The notes: a model not told the origin generated them from the sequence alone. Positions 30,069 through 39,825 are shown, counted from the stretch's first letter. The stretch is DNA of 47,162 nt from Candidatus Bathyarchaeota archaeon (GCA_963775465.1 CAVZIW010000005.1:1-47162), one strand, 5' to 3'. Made by a program: numbers and translations.

Positions 30069-30267
30069 AAAACAACAACATCTCCCTTTTTTTGTATCCA
30101 AAATGAATTATCAGTTAATAACAAGCTCAAACTGCTATTGATAAAATATGGCATATGACTAAATCTAGTTAAGAGTTGATCAAGTTTGGCTTTTAAGGGG
30201 TAGCATTGATTTTTTCACGCTTTTTGTTTATCTCTTTTTGTACCGATTTTTTTCTCATCCACTTATC

Positions 30268-31092
30268 TTAAGTGAATCCCTGGCTCCAAAGTAATCCAAA
30301 ATATGCTTTGCATAAAGCGGAGAAGACAGGATTATTTGTAATCAAGTAAGGAGACATTTTGGTCAGTTGTAGACAAGCTGTTTCTATGCAAATTGCATGT
30401 TTGTCAAAAAGAATCATTATACATTCCACGGGGTTAGGAACATATCTATATTCAAAGTTGGCATGTTTGAGCAAGTAATTTGAAGTAGGAATCTCAAAAG
30501 AAAACTCAGACAGTGTTTTTAGATTTTCTGGTTTTTCTAATATCATCCTGAATTTCACGCCGCGCTCAGCAGCGTAGTACATCTCATTTATCCATTCAGT
30601 TAAGCCTGTCTCGTTGAAAGCTGTAGAAAATAACGGGTATCTTGTTGTGAAATCAAGTGTTTGTTTGGTGTTCCTGATGAGTCTAATTAAATTGGAATCA
30701 ACACCCGTCTTGTTATCACGATAGACGACCACTGTTTTCTCTTCTTCAACAACCTTTGAAATCAACTCGGAATAGCATGAATGTAAAAATTCATTGGCGT
30801 TGTCCTTAAGCTGTACATTTTCCTCTTCTCGTCGGCAAAGAAGAATTTTTATTGCCTCGTCGGGAGGGATAGCCTCATACTTTGCGGGAGTATTAAGGTA
30901 TTTTCTCACCAAACCTAATTCTTGAAGGGCAGGCAAAACACGGTATACATCTTCTCGTCCAACAACAGAGTTTTTTGCAATAATTTTTGCAGTAGCTATT
31001 CCTGTCTTTAAAGTACCAAGATAAACTTTGGCTTCGTTTGGGGAAAGACCAAGTTTTACAAGTGTTTCTGTATGCTGCCCAAGAGATACCAT
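30268..31092 (-). CDS. TrmB-family transcriptional regulator
   Basis: LGLSPNEAKVY, REDVYRVL..LQELGLV, PAKYEAIPP wHTH plus effector domain. Confidence 0.9.
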   Translation of the reverse strand: MVSLGQHTETLVKLGLSPNEAKVYLGTLKTGIATAKIIAKNSVVGREDVYRVLPALQELGLVRKYLNTPAKYEAIPPDEAIKILLCRREEENVQLKDNANEFLHSCYSELISKVVEEEKTVVVYRDNKTGVDSNLIRLIRNTKQTLDFTTRYPLFSTAFNETGLTEWINEMYYAAERGVKFRMILEKPENLKTLSEFSFEIPTSNYLLKHANFEYRYVPNPVECIMILFDKHAICIETACLQLTKMSPYLITNNPVFSALCKAYFGLLWSQGFT

Positions 31093-31266
31093 ATACTATA
31101 ATTTATCAGTTTTATTTATAACATTTTTCTTGATTATTTTGTTATGTATGTGTGGTTATCATCTACTAGATATTAAATATAGAAAAAATCTATGTAAACC
31201 TGTTTGATTAGAGTAATTTTATTAAATTTACTCTATTCAAAACAAAAATAAATGGGATAAAAAAAA

Positions 31267-33825
31267 ATGAAAAAAGCGATAAACAAAAAAATAACACTTT
31301 TTGCTATTTTACTACTATTATCTTCAGTATTTACAATGATTACTATTACACCAGTAGAAGCACAACTTGCACCTGAACAACCGGTCAGTGGACCATTACC
31401 GTCAGGCGTAACAGTTGATGTTATGGCTGATTCTGCAGCTTTTTTAAGCATTAGACCAAACCCAGTTGGCATAGGCCAGCAATTCTTAATCAACATGTGG
31501 ATTAATCCTCCACCGCACGCTTATCGACAATATCTTGATTTGGAACTCACTGTAACTAAGCCAGATGGAACCAAAGATGTGTACGTTGTGGATTCTTATG
31601 TTGCTGATGGGACGGCTTGGATGGAACTGATAGCAGATCAACTTGGCGACTGGAAATTCCAGTTAGAGTTTCCAGGCATCTACTTCCCTGCAGGACGGTA
31701 TTTGGACGGGCATTCTATAATAGAAAACACTGGCGGATCAGTCTACAGCGCAGTCTACGTTAAACCAAGCATTTCACCCGTTACAACACTGACCGTGCAA
31801 CAAGACATGGTATATGGATACCCCGAATACCCTCTCCCAACCGATTACTGGTCACGACCAGTCAATCAAGAACTAAGAGACTGGTGGCCTATTCTAGGCA
31901 ACTATCCATGGTTCGGAGTCGGCGGCGGAGAAAAATGGGATGAACTCTATCCCAACACGAATCCATATGCTAACCAAGGACAAAACTTCATACCCTGGGT
32001 TCAGGGACCTGACAGTGCCCATATTGTATGGAAGCGAGAAGGTGCCCTCGGAGGAATTGTTGGCGGCGATAACACTGACAACAGTGTTTATTGGCCAATC
32101 ACAGGGTGGAAAAATGCACCAACTGTAATACTTTGGGGACGAGGTTACCATACAGTAACCAAGCCAAGCATAGATGGTCCAAGCGAAACAACTTGGTGGC
32201 AATGCTACGACATACGGACGGGTGAACTATTCTGGGAAAGACCATTATATCCTGGTGAATCAGAGCCAAACTTAATTGAATACGGCGCAACGGCTGTTCC
32301 ACCAGTACCAGGTGTAAGCATAAAGCCAGACACACCATATCTACTTTCAATAAGTAATGGTTACCTATGCAAATACGACGCATTCAGTGGAGCAATGTTC
32401 GCCAACATCTCGATTTCTCCCTTGACAGGTAACGGGGGAACTTACTACATGAACGGATACGTCTTAGGTATCCAAAATCTTGGGACGGGAGCAGGAGCAG
32501 ATCAATATCGATTAATAAACTGGACCACACTAGGAAGCAGTAGCTCCTTTATTTCAAGAGTGGTTAGTAACACAACATACAGTAGTAGCAGGTTATTAGG
32601 CTCTGCAAACATTGACTGGAACGTAATGTTAGGTGCAACTGCAACCAATTACATGTCAGGTGGCATTAGTACACACACAATTGTACAAGGATTCGACATA
32701 TTAACTGGACAATCACTGTGGAATAAAACTATTCAAGAGCCTCTCTTTAGCGGAAGTGCATGTGTTGCAGATCATGGAAAATTCGTAATAATTACAACAA
32801 GAGGATACGCCTACGCGTTTGACTTAAGAACGGGTGAGATTGCATGGAAAACCGAGCAATTTGACTATCCATATGACGCTACAGGTTGGGGAAGCTACTC
32901 TACTATAAGTGGTTATGGTAACTTCTACTGGCTTGCACAAACTGGAGTCTACTCTATAGATTGGGCGACTGGAAAAATCAACTGGAAATTTGAGAAACCA
33001 ATGGAGTACCAATACGAAGGAGCATTCACAGGAGTAGACGGAGAAACAGTGTATCCAAACCACGCCCCCGGAATACTAGCCGATGGCACACTATTCATAC
33101 CCTCAAGCCTACACTCTCCTGAATCGCCATACTACAGAGGACTTAAAACATTTGCAATCGACGCTATCACAGGTGAAGAGAAATGGAGTTTAGGCATCTC
33201 AGTTGCAGGGCAACACACCCGAAGCAGTTTGCAGCTACGAGTCGCTGATGGATACTTAACAATTGGAGCCAGAGACGGATACATGTATGTTGTGGGCAAA
33301 GGACAAAGTTCAACGATGGTTTCAGCGCCTCAAACAGAGGTTCAAGTGGGACAGAAATTCACAATCACAGGAACCGTCTTTGATATGTCACCAGCTCAAC
33401 CTGGAACCGGTGCCATAGCCGATGAATACATGGATTCCTGGATGCAATACATACATCTACAGCTTCCAAAGCCGACCGATGCAAAAGGAGTTACAGTAAA
33501 CCTAACCGCGATTGACCCTAACGGCAACCTAATAACCATAGGCCAAGCCACATGCGACACTAATGGTGTATTCGGTTTCACTTGGTCTCCTGAGGTTCCA
33601 GGTCTCTATACGGTCGTTGCTTCATTTGCTGGGACAAATTCCTACGGCAGTTCAATGGCAAGCACATACTTCAGTGCAGTTGACGCACCAGTAAATACTC
33701 CACAGCCAACCACAGCAATCCAAACAACATCAGACATGTACTTCATTCCAGCAGTCGTTGGCATAATCGTCGCCATAGCCATAGTCGGCGCGACAATAAT
33801 TCTTGTGCTTCGTAAGCGACCATAA
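31267..33825 (+). CDS. Second PQQ-like beta-propeller repeat surface protein
   Basis: Same architecture as 27519-30068 (PLPTDYWSRP, DIRTGELFW, DLRTGEIAW, TM plus RKRP). Confidence 0.88.
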   Translation: MKKAINKKITLFAILLLLSSVFTMITITPVEAQLAPEQPVSGPLPSGVTVDVMADSAAFLSIRPNPVGIGQQFLINMWINPPPHAYRQYLDLELTVTKPDGTKDVYVVDSYVADGTAWMELIADQLGDWKFQLEFPGIYFPAGRYLDGHSIIENTGGSVYSAVYVKPSISPVTTLTVQQDMVYGYPEYPLPTDYWSRPVNQELRDWWPILGNYPWFGVGGGEKWDELYPNTNPYANQGQNFIPWVQGPDSAHIVWKREGALGGIVGGDNTDNSVYWPITGWKNAPTVILWGRGYHTVTKPSIDGPSETTWWQCYDIRTGELFWERPLYPGESEPNLIEYGATAVPPVPGVSIKPDTPYLLSISNGYLCKYDAFSGAMFANISISPLTGNGGTYYMNGYVLGIQNLGTGAGADQYRLINWTTLGSSSSFISRVVSNTTYSSSRLLGSANIDWNVMLGATATNYMSGGISTHTIVQGFDILTGQSLWNKTIQEPLFSGSACVADHGKFVIITTRGYAYAFDLRTGEIAWKTEQFDYPYDATGWGSYSTISGYGNFYWLAQTGVYSIDWATGKINWKFEKPMEYQYEGAFTGVDGETVYPNHAPGILADGTLFIPSSLHSPESPYYRGLKTFAIDAITGEEKWSLGISVAGQHTRSSLQLRVADGYLTIGARDGYMYVVGKGQSSTMVSAPQTEVQVGQKFTITGTVFDMSPAQPGTGAIADEYMDSWMQYIHLQLPKPTDAKGVTVNLTAIDPNGNLITIGQATCDTNGVFGFTWSPEVPGLYTVVASFAGTNSYGSSMASTYFSAVDAPVNTPQPTTAIQTTSDMYFIPAVVGIIVAIAIVGATIILVLRKRP

Positions 33826-33889
33826 ATAAAAGTATAAAACCAAAATCCTTCCCCTTTTTTAGTTTAAGAATGCATTGGAAAAAATAGAG

Positions 33890-33981
33890 GCTGAGAGGGC
33901 TTTGGGTAAAATTCACACGTCCCATGCGGTGACGAGTGCTGCTCCTTACCTTTTCTCCTAAACTTGGTCCAAAGCCCCAGC
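33890..33981. other. Intergenic inverted repeat, candidate structured RNA or DNA site
   Basis: GGGCTTTGG (33897-33905) pairs with CCAAAGCCC (33969-33977), extended by GCTG/CAGC. Confidence 0.4.
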
Positions 33982-34042
33982 AAACCCTGCTAAACTAAAA
34001 TATAGAAAAATTTCCGAGAACAACCCTATAATGTTCTGAGAA

Positions 34043-34354
34043 TTAAAATTCGCGAACTAAAGTTGCAGTTACCCTATTTCTACTAAGGCTTTCTCGAAGC
34101 TCTTTGTTGATCTGTGTGTCTCCTCGTCCTCTGCCGGCATGGCCAAATCTATTAATTTTCCATCCGTTAAGATTTTCTAGAATAAGTTGTGGGTTGCTTG
34201 TGATTATTAGAAAGGGGAGTTTTGTCTGTGCGCCATATAGGTCAGCTATGAGGTTAAGAAGTCGTTTACCCACGCCTATGCCTTGGTAATCTGGCAGTAC
34301 CATTAACCGACTTACGCGGTAGTACTTTGTTCTCATTCTTACGCAGGCAACGGC
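34043..34354 (-). pseudogene. 5'-truncated GNAT acetyltransferase, paralogue of 36511-36915
   Basis: AVACVRM..KYYRVSRL.VLPDYQG.GVGKR...TSNPQLI aligns with the upstream copy; similarity stops at about 34354. Confidence 0.8.
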
Positions 34355-34521
34355 TCGAAGCTCTCTAAGTCTAGCATCCTGCTCCATTTATCTTCAACCT
34401 GATGCTTGCCAAAAGATAACTTGTTGCAGGCAAAAACCAATCACCTCTAAGCAGTGAATAAGAATGAGTAAAGTTTGCTACGATGAAAGGAAGTCTAAGA
34501 GAGTCTGGAAATTAATTCGAC

Positions 34522-34686
34522 TTACGCTCGTATGTACTGCATAGAACGGTGATTCGGTTTCGACTTAGACTACGTCTTATTTCGTTGTTTATTCTTGTGT
34601 TTGCCTTTTCCTTTGTTTGCATGACCTAAACAGGTTATCTTCCAATGCTTCATACCTTCGATGATTAACTGAAGATTACTTGTCAC
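34522..34686 (-). pseudogene. Third, degenerate 3' fragment of the same GNAT gene
   Basis: Manual translation VTSNLQLIIEGMKHWKITCLGHANKGKG-(fs)-NTRINNEIRRSLSRNRITV-(fs)-SMQYIRA* parallels LTSNPQLIRGNLKNWKITRFGHASKGKENSKINSEIKTSLSRKRITVSLQYKP. Confidence 0.8.
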
Positions 34687-34861
34687 CTTCGCATGGGTTG
34701 CGGACTTTGGAGCATTGCTATACCATATTTTTACTGGGCACCCATTATCAATTTTGCAACTAAAGTTGCTTTTTACTATTCTGAATTATTCTTGCTTTAG
34801 GAATATGACTCTTAAGCTTTCTTTCTGAGTATTAGCTAAAAGAGATTTGGTCGTGAGTTAA

Positions 34862-35086
34862 ATACCAGAGGTTAACATTAGAAAAGAAGGTGGAACTTTC
34901 ATTGAATGTGAATGTGGTTTTAGAATCCTGTTGGTTCCCGATTTGGAGATGATGACTAAGGCTATTGAAGCCCACGTTGCTCAACATGGGGAAAAAGAAA
35001 AAGACCCTGCAAAAGCTGTTTCTGAGCAAAAACGAATCGAAAATGATTTAGTTGCCCAGACTTTAAAGGCGGCAACTGAAATTTAA
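34862..35086 (+). CDS. Small CxC...HxxxH protein missed by the ORF track (no canonical start)
   Basis: IPEVNIRKEGGTFIECECGFRILLVPDLEMMTKAIEAHVAQH... is a clear paralogue of 25781-26032; the frame opens at ATA right after TAA. Confidence 0.65.
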   Translation: MPEVNIRKEGGTFIECECGFRILLVPDLEMMTKAIEAHVAQHGEKEKDPAKAVSEQKRIENDLVAQTLKAATEI

Positions 35087-35349
35087 TGAAAATAAGCACA
35101 ATAACATAAAATTTTATCAAGACTCTCAATTCTTCCCTCGGTACCTCAAAGAAGCGGTCATGCGTTTTCTACTAAGGCTGCTTCTGATTTCGTTATTTAT
35201 TCTAGTATTACTCGTCCCTTGCTTGCGTTTCCAAAACGGGTTATTTTCTAGGCTTTCATATCGCATTACGCAGTAGGTTATTTGTATATCGCTGAACTAA
35301 TCACATTAGGGAACGCACACTTACCACATAAAATACGAAGTTGGAATCA

Positions 35350-36477
35350 ATGGTTGAAAAAAAGAATTACTACGAGAATTTAGGCATTCCAAAGGATGCA
35401 TCCAAAGACGCGATAAAAGACGCCTACAGAAAACTAGCCATGCAATATCATCCAGACAGAAACAAGTCTCCGGAAGCTGAAGAGAAGTTCAAAGAAATAT
35501 CGGAAGCCTACGCAGTGCTGTCAGACGATGAGAAACGCCAACAATATGACAATTTAGGTAGTAATGGATTTGATCAAAGGTATAGTCGAGAGGACATTTT
35601 CCGAGGGGCCGACTTTGACTCGATATTTCGCGACATGGGTGTCAGTTCCGGCTTTGATGATCTTTTCAGTGTTTTCTTTGGGGGACGAGGCTTTGAAGGA
35701 AGACAAAGAGCAATCCGTGGACGAGATTTGGGCTACGAAGTATACATAACCCTTGAAGAAGCAGAGCGCGGTGTTGAAAAAGAAATTGAGGTCCCAAGAA
35801 TTGAGCGTTGCCCAGTTTGTGGGGGTTCTGGAGCTACTCCTGGTTCTTCACTGCAAACTTGCCCAGTATGCAAAGGTTCTGGAAAAGTCCAAAACACAAT
35901 AAGAAAACGTTCTGGCACGTTTATACAAATCGCGCAATGCTCTGCTTGCAACGGCACAGGACAAAAAATTATTTCCCCATGCAGAAACTGCAACGGAAAA
36001 GGCCTCATAAAAAGGGAAAGAAAAATCACGGTTAAGATACCAGTTGGAATAAATGAAGGAAACCAGCTTAGGCTTGAAGGACAAGGAGACGCAGCCCAGG
36101 ACGGAGGTCCCTCAGGAGATTTATACATAATGATTCACCTGATGCCTCATCAATACTTCAAAAGAGAAGGCGACGATCTCTTGTACAATCTATACATCGG
36201 CATTACGCAAGCATCATTAGGTGCGGAAGTCACGCTACCTGCAATCGAAGGGAAAGCTACACTGAGAATTCATCCTGGAACACAACCTGGACAGATTCTA
36301 ATAGTCAGAGGCAGAGGAATGCCGAGAATGGGCGGATATGGCAGAGGCGATCTGCGCGTCCGTGTGAATGTGGTTGTTCCCAAAAAGCTAACTCAGCGCC
36401 AAAGTGCCCTTCTGGAAGAGCTGGCCAAAGAACTAGACCAGAATATCGATGAAAGAGCGAAAGCCAATGTACTATAA
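35350..36477 (+). CDS. dnaJ: Class A molecular chaperone DnaJ
   Basis: J domain with HPD, G/F-rich region, four CxxCxGxG repeats, C-terminal domain. Confidence 0.97.
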   Translation: MVEKKNYYENLGIPKDASKDAIKDAYRKLAMQYHPDRNKSPEAEEKFKEISEAYAVLSDDEKRQQYDNLGSNGFDQRYSREDIFRGADFDSIFRDMGVSSGFDDLFSVFFGGRGFEGRQRAIRGRDLGYEVYITLEEAERGVEKEIEVPRIERCPVCGGSGATPGSSLQTCPVCKGSGKVQNTIRKRSGTFIQIAQCSACNGTGQKIISPCRNCNGKGLIKRERKITVKIPVGINEGNQLRLEGQGDAAQDGGPSGDLYIMIHLMPHQYFKREGDDLLYNLYIGITQASLGAEVTLPAIEGKATLRIHPGTQPGQILIVRGRGMPRMGGYGRGDLRVRVNVVVPKKLTQRQSALLEELAKELDQNIDERAKANVL

Positions 36478-36510
36478 ACGCATTGATAGGATAGTTGCCT
36501 TAAATTATTT

Positions 36511-36915
36511 TTAAGGTTTGTATTGAAGAGAAACCGTTATTCGTTTACGACTTAAACTAGTTTTAATTTCTGAGTTAATTTTCGAGTTTTCTTTTCCTTT
36601 GCTTGCGTGACCAAAACGGGTAATCTTCCAATTTTTGAGATTGCCTCTGATTAACTGTGGGTTGCTTGTTAGAATGTAGAAGGGCGTTTTTGTTTGGGAA
36701 GAGTAGAGTTCAGCGATAAAGTTTAGGAACCGTTTGCCAACTCCGACTCCTTGATAGTCCGGTAGCACAACTAGTCGGCTTACTCTGTAGTATTTTGCTT
36801 TCATTCTTACGCATGCGACAGCTATGAATGCTATGGGTTTCTCTTTATAGACTGCCGCGTAACACCGAACACCGGCACCCAAAGAACCGTTTAGATAATG
36901 ATGCTGCCGAAACAT
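36511..36915 (-). CDS. GNAT-fold acetyltransferase (phage-type), probably the C-terminal half of an ABC-ATPase-GNAT fusion
   Basis: FRQHHYL and RLVVLPDYQGVGVG; the frame stays open upstream to the A9 run at 36971-36979. Confidence 0.82.
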   Translation of the reverse strand: MFRQHHYLNGSLGAGVRCYAAVYKEKPIAFIAVACVRMKAKYYRVSRLVVLPDYQGVGVGKRFLNFIAELYSSQTKTPFYILTSNPQLIRGNLKNWKITRFGHASKGKENSKINSEIKTSLSRKRITVSLQYKP

Positions 36916-36952
36916 CTTCCAAAGGGATGCGCCGCACCGATAAACGCTGAGG

Positions 36953-37570
36953 TTAACGGCGGCCGACTTCTTTTTTTTTGCTAAACTCCATTGTATCGGT
37001 GGAGAAAACCCAGTCAGGATCTAACCAATCAACCACATCATAGTGACAAGTAACAGCAATGAATTTCTTTGCGCTTCTGCGAACTGCCTTGCTGATGGCA
37101 AAGGCGCTGACTTTAGCTATTTCTCGATCGACAACGCTTGTGAACTCATCAAAAACGATCAAAGGCTGCTCAAGACACAATGCTCTTGCGATGTCTACCC
37201 GCATCTTTTCTCCCTGACTCAAACAATCATAACCTTTTAGCCAGTCCGGTGGACTAGCAAACCCGACACTACAAAGTATCTTTGTAATCTCACCAGTTTC
37301 AAGCTCTTGGGGAAAATCATCAAGAACACACTTACCGTTGTAATCAAATTCTCGGATGTAGGCTTCCGGGAAAAGCTGCTTAGCTATGCTGGTTTTGCCT
37401 GAACCGCTGCGCCCAACAATGACGCCGACTTGCCAATCAAAAGTTTCCAGTGGCAAATTGCCCTTAAACCGTTTCTCCAACTTTACGTCGTTTAGGGTGT
37501 AGCTGCCCACGACGCTCTGGGCTCGGAAGCTGTCGGATTCTTCCCATTTTTTTACTATGTCAAAATCCAT
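36953..37570 (-). CDS. Non-transporter ABC ATPase
   Basis: Walker A GRSGSGKT, signature LSQGEK, Walker B IVFDEFTS, H-loop VTCH; no permease nearby. Confidence 0.88.
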   Translation of the reverse strand: MDFDIVKKWEESDSFRAQSVVGSYTLNDVKLEKRFKGNLPLETFDWQVGVIVGRSGSGKTSIAKQLFPEAYIREFDYNGKCVLDDFPQELETGEITKILCSVGFASPPDWLKGYDCLSQGEKMRVDIARALCLEQPLIVFDEFTSVVDREIAKVSAFAISKAVRRSAKKFIAVTCHYDVVDWLDPDWVFSTDTMEFSKKKEVGRR

Positions 37571-37584
37571 TCTTGTCAGCTCCG

Positions 37585-38160
37585 CTAAAGTGTTAGGATT
37601 CTTAGTTTGAACCCCTGGGCTTTTAACTTCTCAAAATATTCTTTTTGTTGTGCCTCTGATTTACATTCAATTATGAGCTCGTAGGTTTCAGGAACCGAAA
37701 AAGAGACCTCTCGATCATCTACCTCTATAGGAAGCTTTTCGCCCACCGATTGAAGAAACAACTTTAATTCCTCTTTCTCTCCCTCGTCAATTATGCGCAG
37801 GTACTCGGCACTATCCATCTCCCTGTTATGTTTGCCCCGTAGCTTGTTTAGCACCTGCCGAAGCAAACGGCGATCAACATCCTTAACTGGCAAGCGAATG
37901 ACGCTGCACTCAGTCATACCAAGCTCCTTCATAGCCGTAACACGCTGCTGACCATCAGCCACCAAAAGCTCACTGTTAGTGACGACTGGAACGATGTCGC
38001 CCCATCGCTTAATTGAAGATTTTAAGCGGTCAAGCTGCATAAGAGTTAATCTGTTAGGGTTGTCTTGGTCAAACTTTAGTTCGCTGATTCTTACTCGCTC
38101 CGACATTGGAATTGGAATTTCTTTTTCATTTTCCACTGATTCTCTGCTAAGTACGCTCAT
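37585..38160 (-). CDS. ParB/sulfiredoxin N-terminal domain protein (phage type)
   Basis: NPN...LKSSIKRWG..PVV...VADGQQRV.A...LG and LNKLRG; no HTH. Confidence 0.85.
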   Translation of the reverse strand: MSVLSRESVENEKEIPIPMSERVRISELKFDQDNPNRLTLMQLDRLKSSIKRWGDIVPVVTNSELLVADGQQRVTAMKELGMTECSVIRLPVKDVDRRLLRQVLNKLRGKHNREMDSAEYLRIIDEGEKEELKLFLQSVGEKLPIEVDDREVSFSVPETYELIIECKSEAQQKEYFEKLKAQGFKLRILTL

Positions 38161-38222
38161 ATTTTCAAACTCTCCCTAAATGTTAATTGACAAATTTGGT
38201 CATTTTCCGATTTTTTCATAAA

Positions 38223-38939
38223 CTAGTCGCACTTTTCAGCACATGTTGGACATTTCTCTTTAAGGTAACGTGCATTAAGTGCGTCACACTCCGCGTTCTC
38301 CGCTTGTTCTTGCTGTTCTTCTAATTCTTCCACCCTTGCTTGCTCAGCTGTCCTGTTAGCAGTTAACTGTTGAATATTCTGGGTTGTTTTGAAAACGTTA
38401 TGTGCTTCACAGAAGCGATTAAAACTCTCAGGAGTAAATAAGTCATGGTTCCAAGCCGCATAGACGGGGGCTAAGAGTCTTTCTTGTTCACCTTCACATA
38501 GTTTCCAATATCCAGGGGTTTTAAAGACTGCTATTTCTGCGTCGAATTGTTTTTTGAATTTGCGGGTTTCTTCTATTAGCCAATAGAATCGTGTGTAGAA
38601 GACCCAGTTGGCCATGGGGTCTTTTAGCGTAACAAAAGCATCTGTGAAGACTTGAAAAATCTCAAATACTCTAGCCATAAACCGGCGGTTAGCTGCATCT
38701 ACGATTGCTTGATCATCTGGTGACAGGGGGGTACAGGTGGTTTCTCCCCGATCGGCTGCTTGCTGCAATTCTTCTCCATAAGCCTCCAAGATATGGCTCG
38801 CTCGTCTATGTAACTCGTTTTCAGCTCGATCTAACTCTATGTCACCGTTGTCCCATGTTATCTTTGTAGTGCCTTCTTGGGGAAGTTCAGGCAACACATT
38901 TTTTTCTAATAAATGCAGTTTCCTACTTAAAATGTTCAT
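38223..38939 (-). CDS. Hypothetical protein with C-terminal Cys cluster
   Basis: ATGA-coupled to the upstream gene; ends CPTCAEKCD. Confidence 0.7.
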   Translation of the reverse strand: MNILSRKLHLLEKNVLPELPQEGTTKITWDNGDIELDRAENELHRRASHILEAYGEELQQAADRGETTCTPLSPDDQAIVDAANRRFMARVFEIFQVFTDAFVTLKDPMANWVFYTRFYWLIEETRKFKKQFDAEIAVFKTPGYWKLCEGEQERLLAPVYAAWNHDLFTPESFNRFCEAHNVFKTTQNIQQLTANRTAEQARVEELEEQQEQAENAECDALNARYLKEKCPTCAEKCD

Positions 38940-39232
38940 TTCCGCTTATCCTCCGGTTTAGGTATTAAGATGCTGTTTTTGAGCTGCTCCTCTAAGGTTA
39001 TCACCCGAAGCTCCAACTCCTCATCCTTTAGCAAGGGACCATAGGCTGAGACTGCTGAGACTAAAACTCTCGCCCAACCCAGCTTAGCTTTGTCGCTGTT
39101 TCCTTCAGAGTGAATTTTTTTGTGGGATAGGCTTAAAACTCCGTCTAATACGCGAAATAGCGTGTTTCTACGCTCCTTTGTTGAACGGTTTGATGATGGT
39201 TTCTTAACGGTTTCAGCTTCAACGTTGCCCAA
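38936..39232 (-). CDS. Small helical hypothetical protein
   Basis: First gene of the minus-strand run; ELELRVITLEEQLK coiled segment. Confidence 0.7.
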   Translation of the reverse strand: MGNVEAETVKKPSSNRSTKERRNTLFRVLDGVLSLSHKKIHSEGNSDKAKLGWARVLVSAVSAYGPLLKDEELELRVITLEEQLKNSILIPKPEDKRK

Positions 39233-39461
39233 GCTCTACTGTGCCTTCCTGAGTTTAACTCCAACACCTGGAGAATAGACAACAAAGCGAGTTAACACTC
39301 AAGACAACACAAAACAAGACATCAATTAACTTGTATTGATTCTAAGAAATATAATTATTGGTTTCAGAGGCTGTGGCTAAGAGTATGTCGTCAAATTGAC
39401 GTTTTCAGGTTCCAAAGTTTGCTTAAAATTTTTTGAAAAAATGAGGGGGGTGTGAGTTTTC

Positions 39462-39647
39462 TTATTCTTTTGCTTCCACTATTTTTGCAATTGACGCGTT
39501 CTTTTTTACTGATTCTATTCCTTTTACACATGCTTCTTTGGAATTGTAGGCTTCGCTGACCGCAATTATTTCTCCATTAGCAGCTTTGAGTCTGAACCTG
39601 AACTTTGCTGATTTGTCACAATACCATTCAAAAACTGGCTCTGCCAT
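39462..39647 (-). CDS. YegP/DUF1508-family protein
   Basis: FRFRLKAANGEIIAVSEAY....C.KGIESVKKNA signature. Confidence 0.9.
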   Translation of the reverse strand: MAEPVFEWYCDKSAKFRFRLKAANGEIIAVSEAYNSKEACVKGIESVKKNASIAKIVEAKE

Positions 39648-39825
39648 AAAATCACTAGATACAACTATTTATAGAAGCACAATTAAACAGTTTGTGAGTA
39701 CATCTTCTTACAACTAAGAAGAAAAACCACAGAATAAGAAGATAATTCAGTTTCAAGAAATCCGCGCATAGTTATTTTTGTTAACGAATAAAATAATATA
39801 TCTTGTTGAATAAAGACTACATCAT

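Noticed and set aside
27519-33825. PQQ-dependent dehydrogenases
   Set aside because: Only generic propeller blade motifs are visible; I could not identify quinoprotein catalytic features.
36953-37570. ABC transporter
   Set aside because: No permease or binding protein nearby; context is ParB-N and GNAT.
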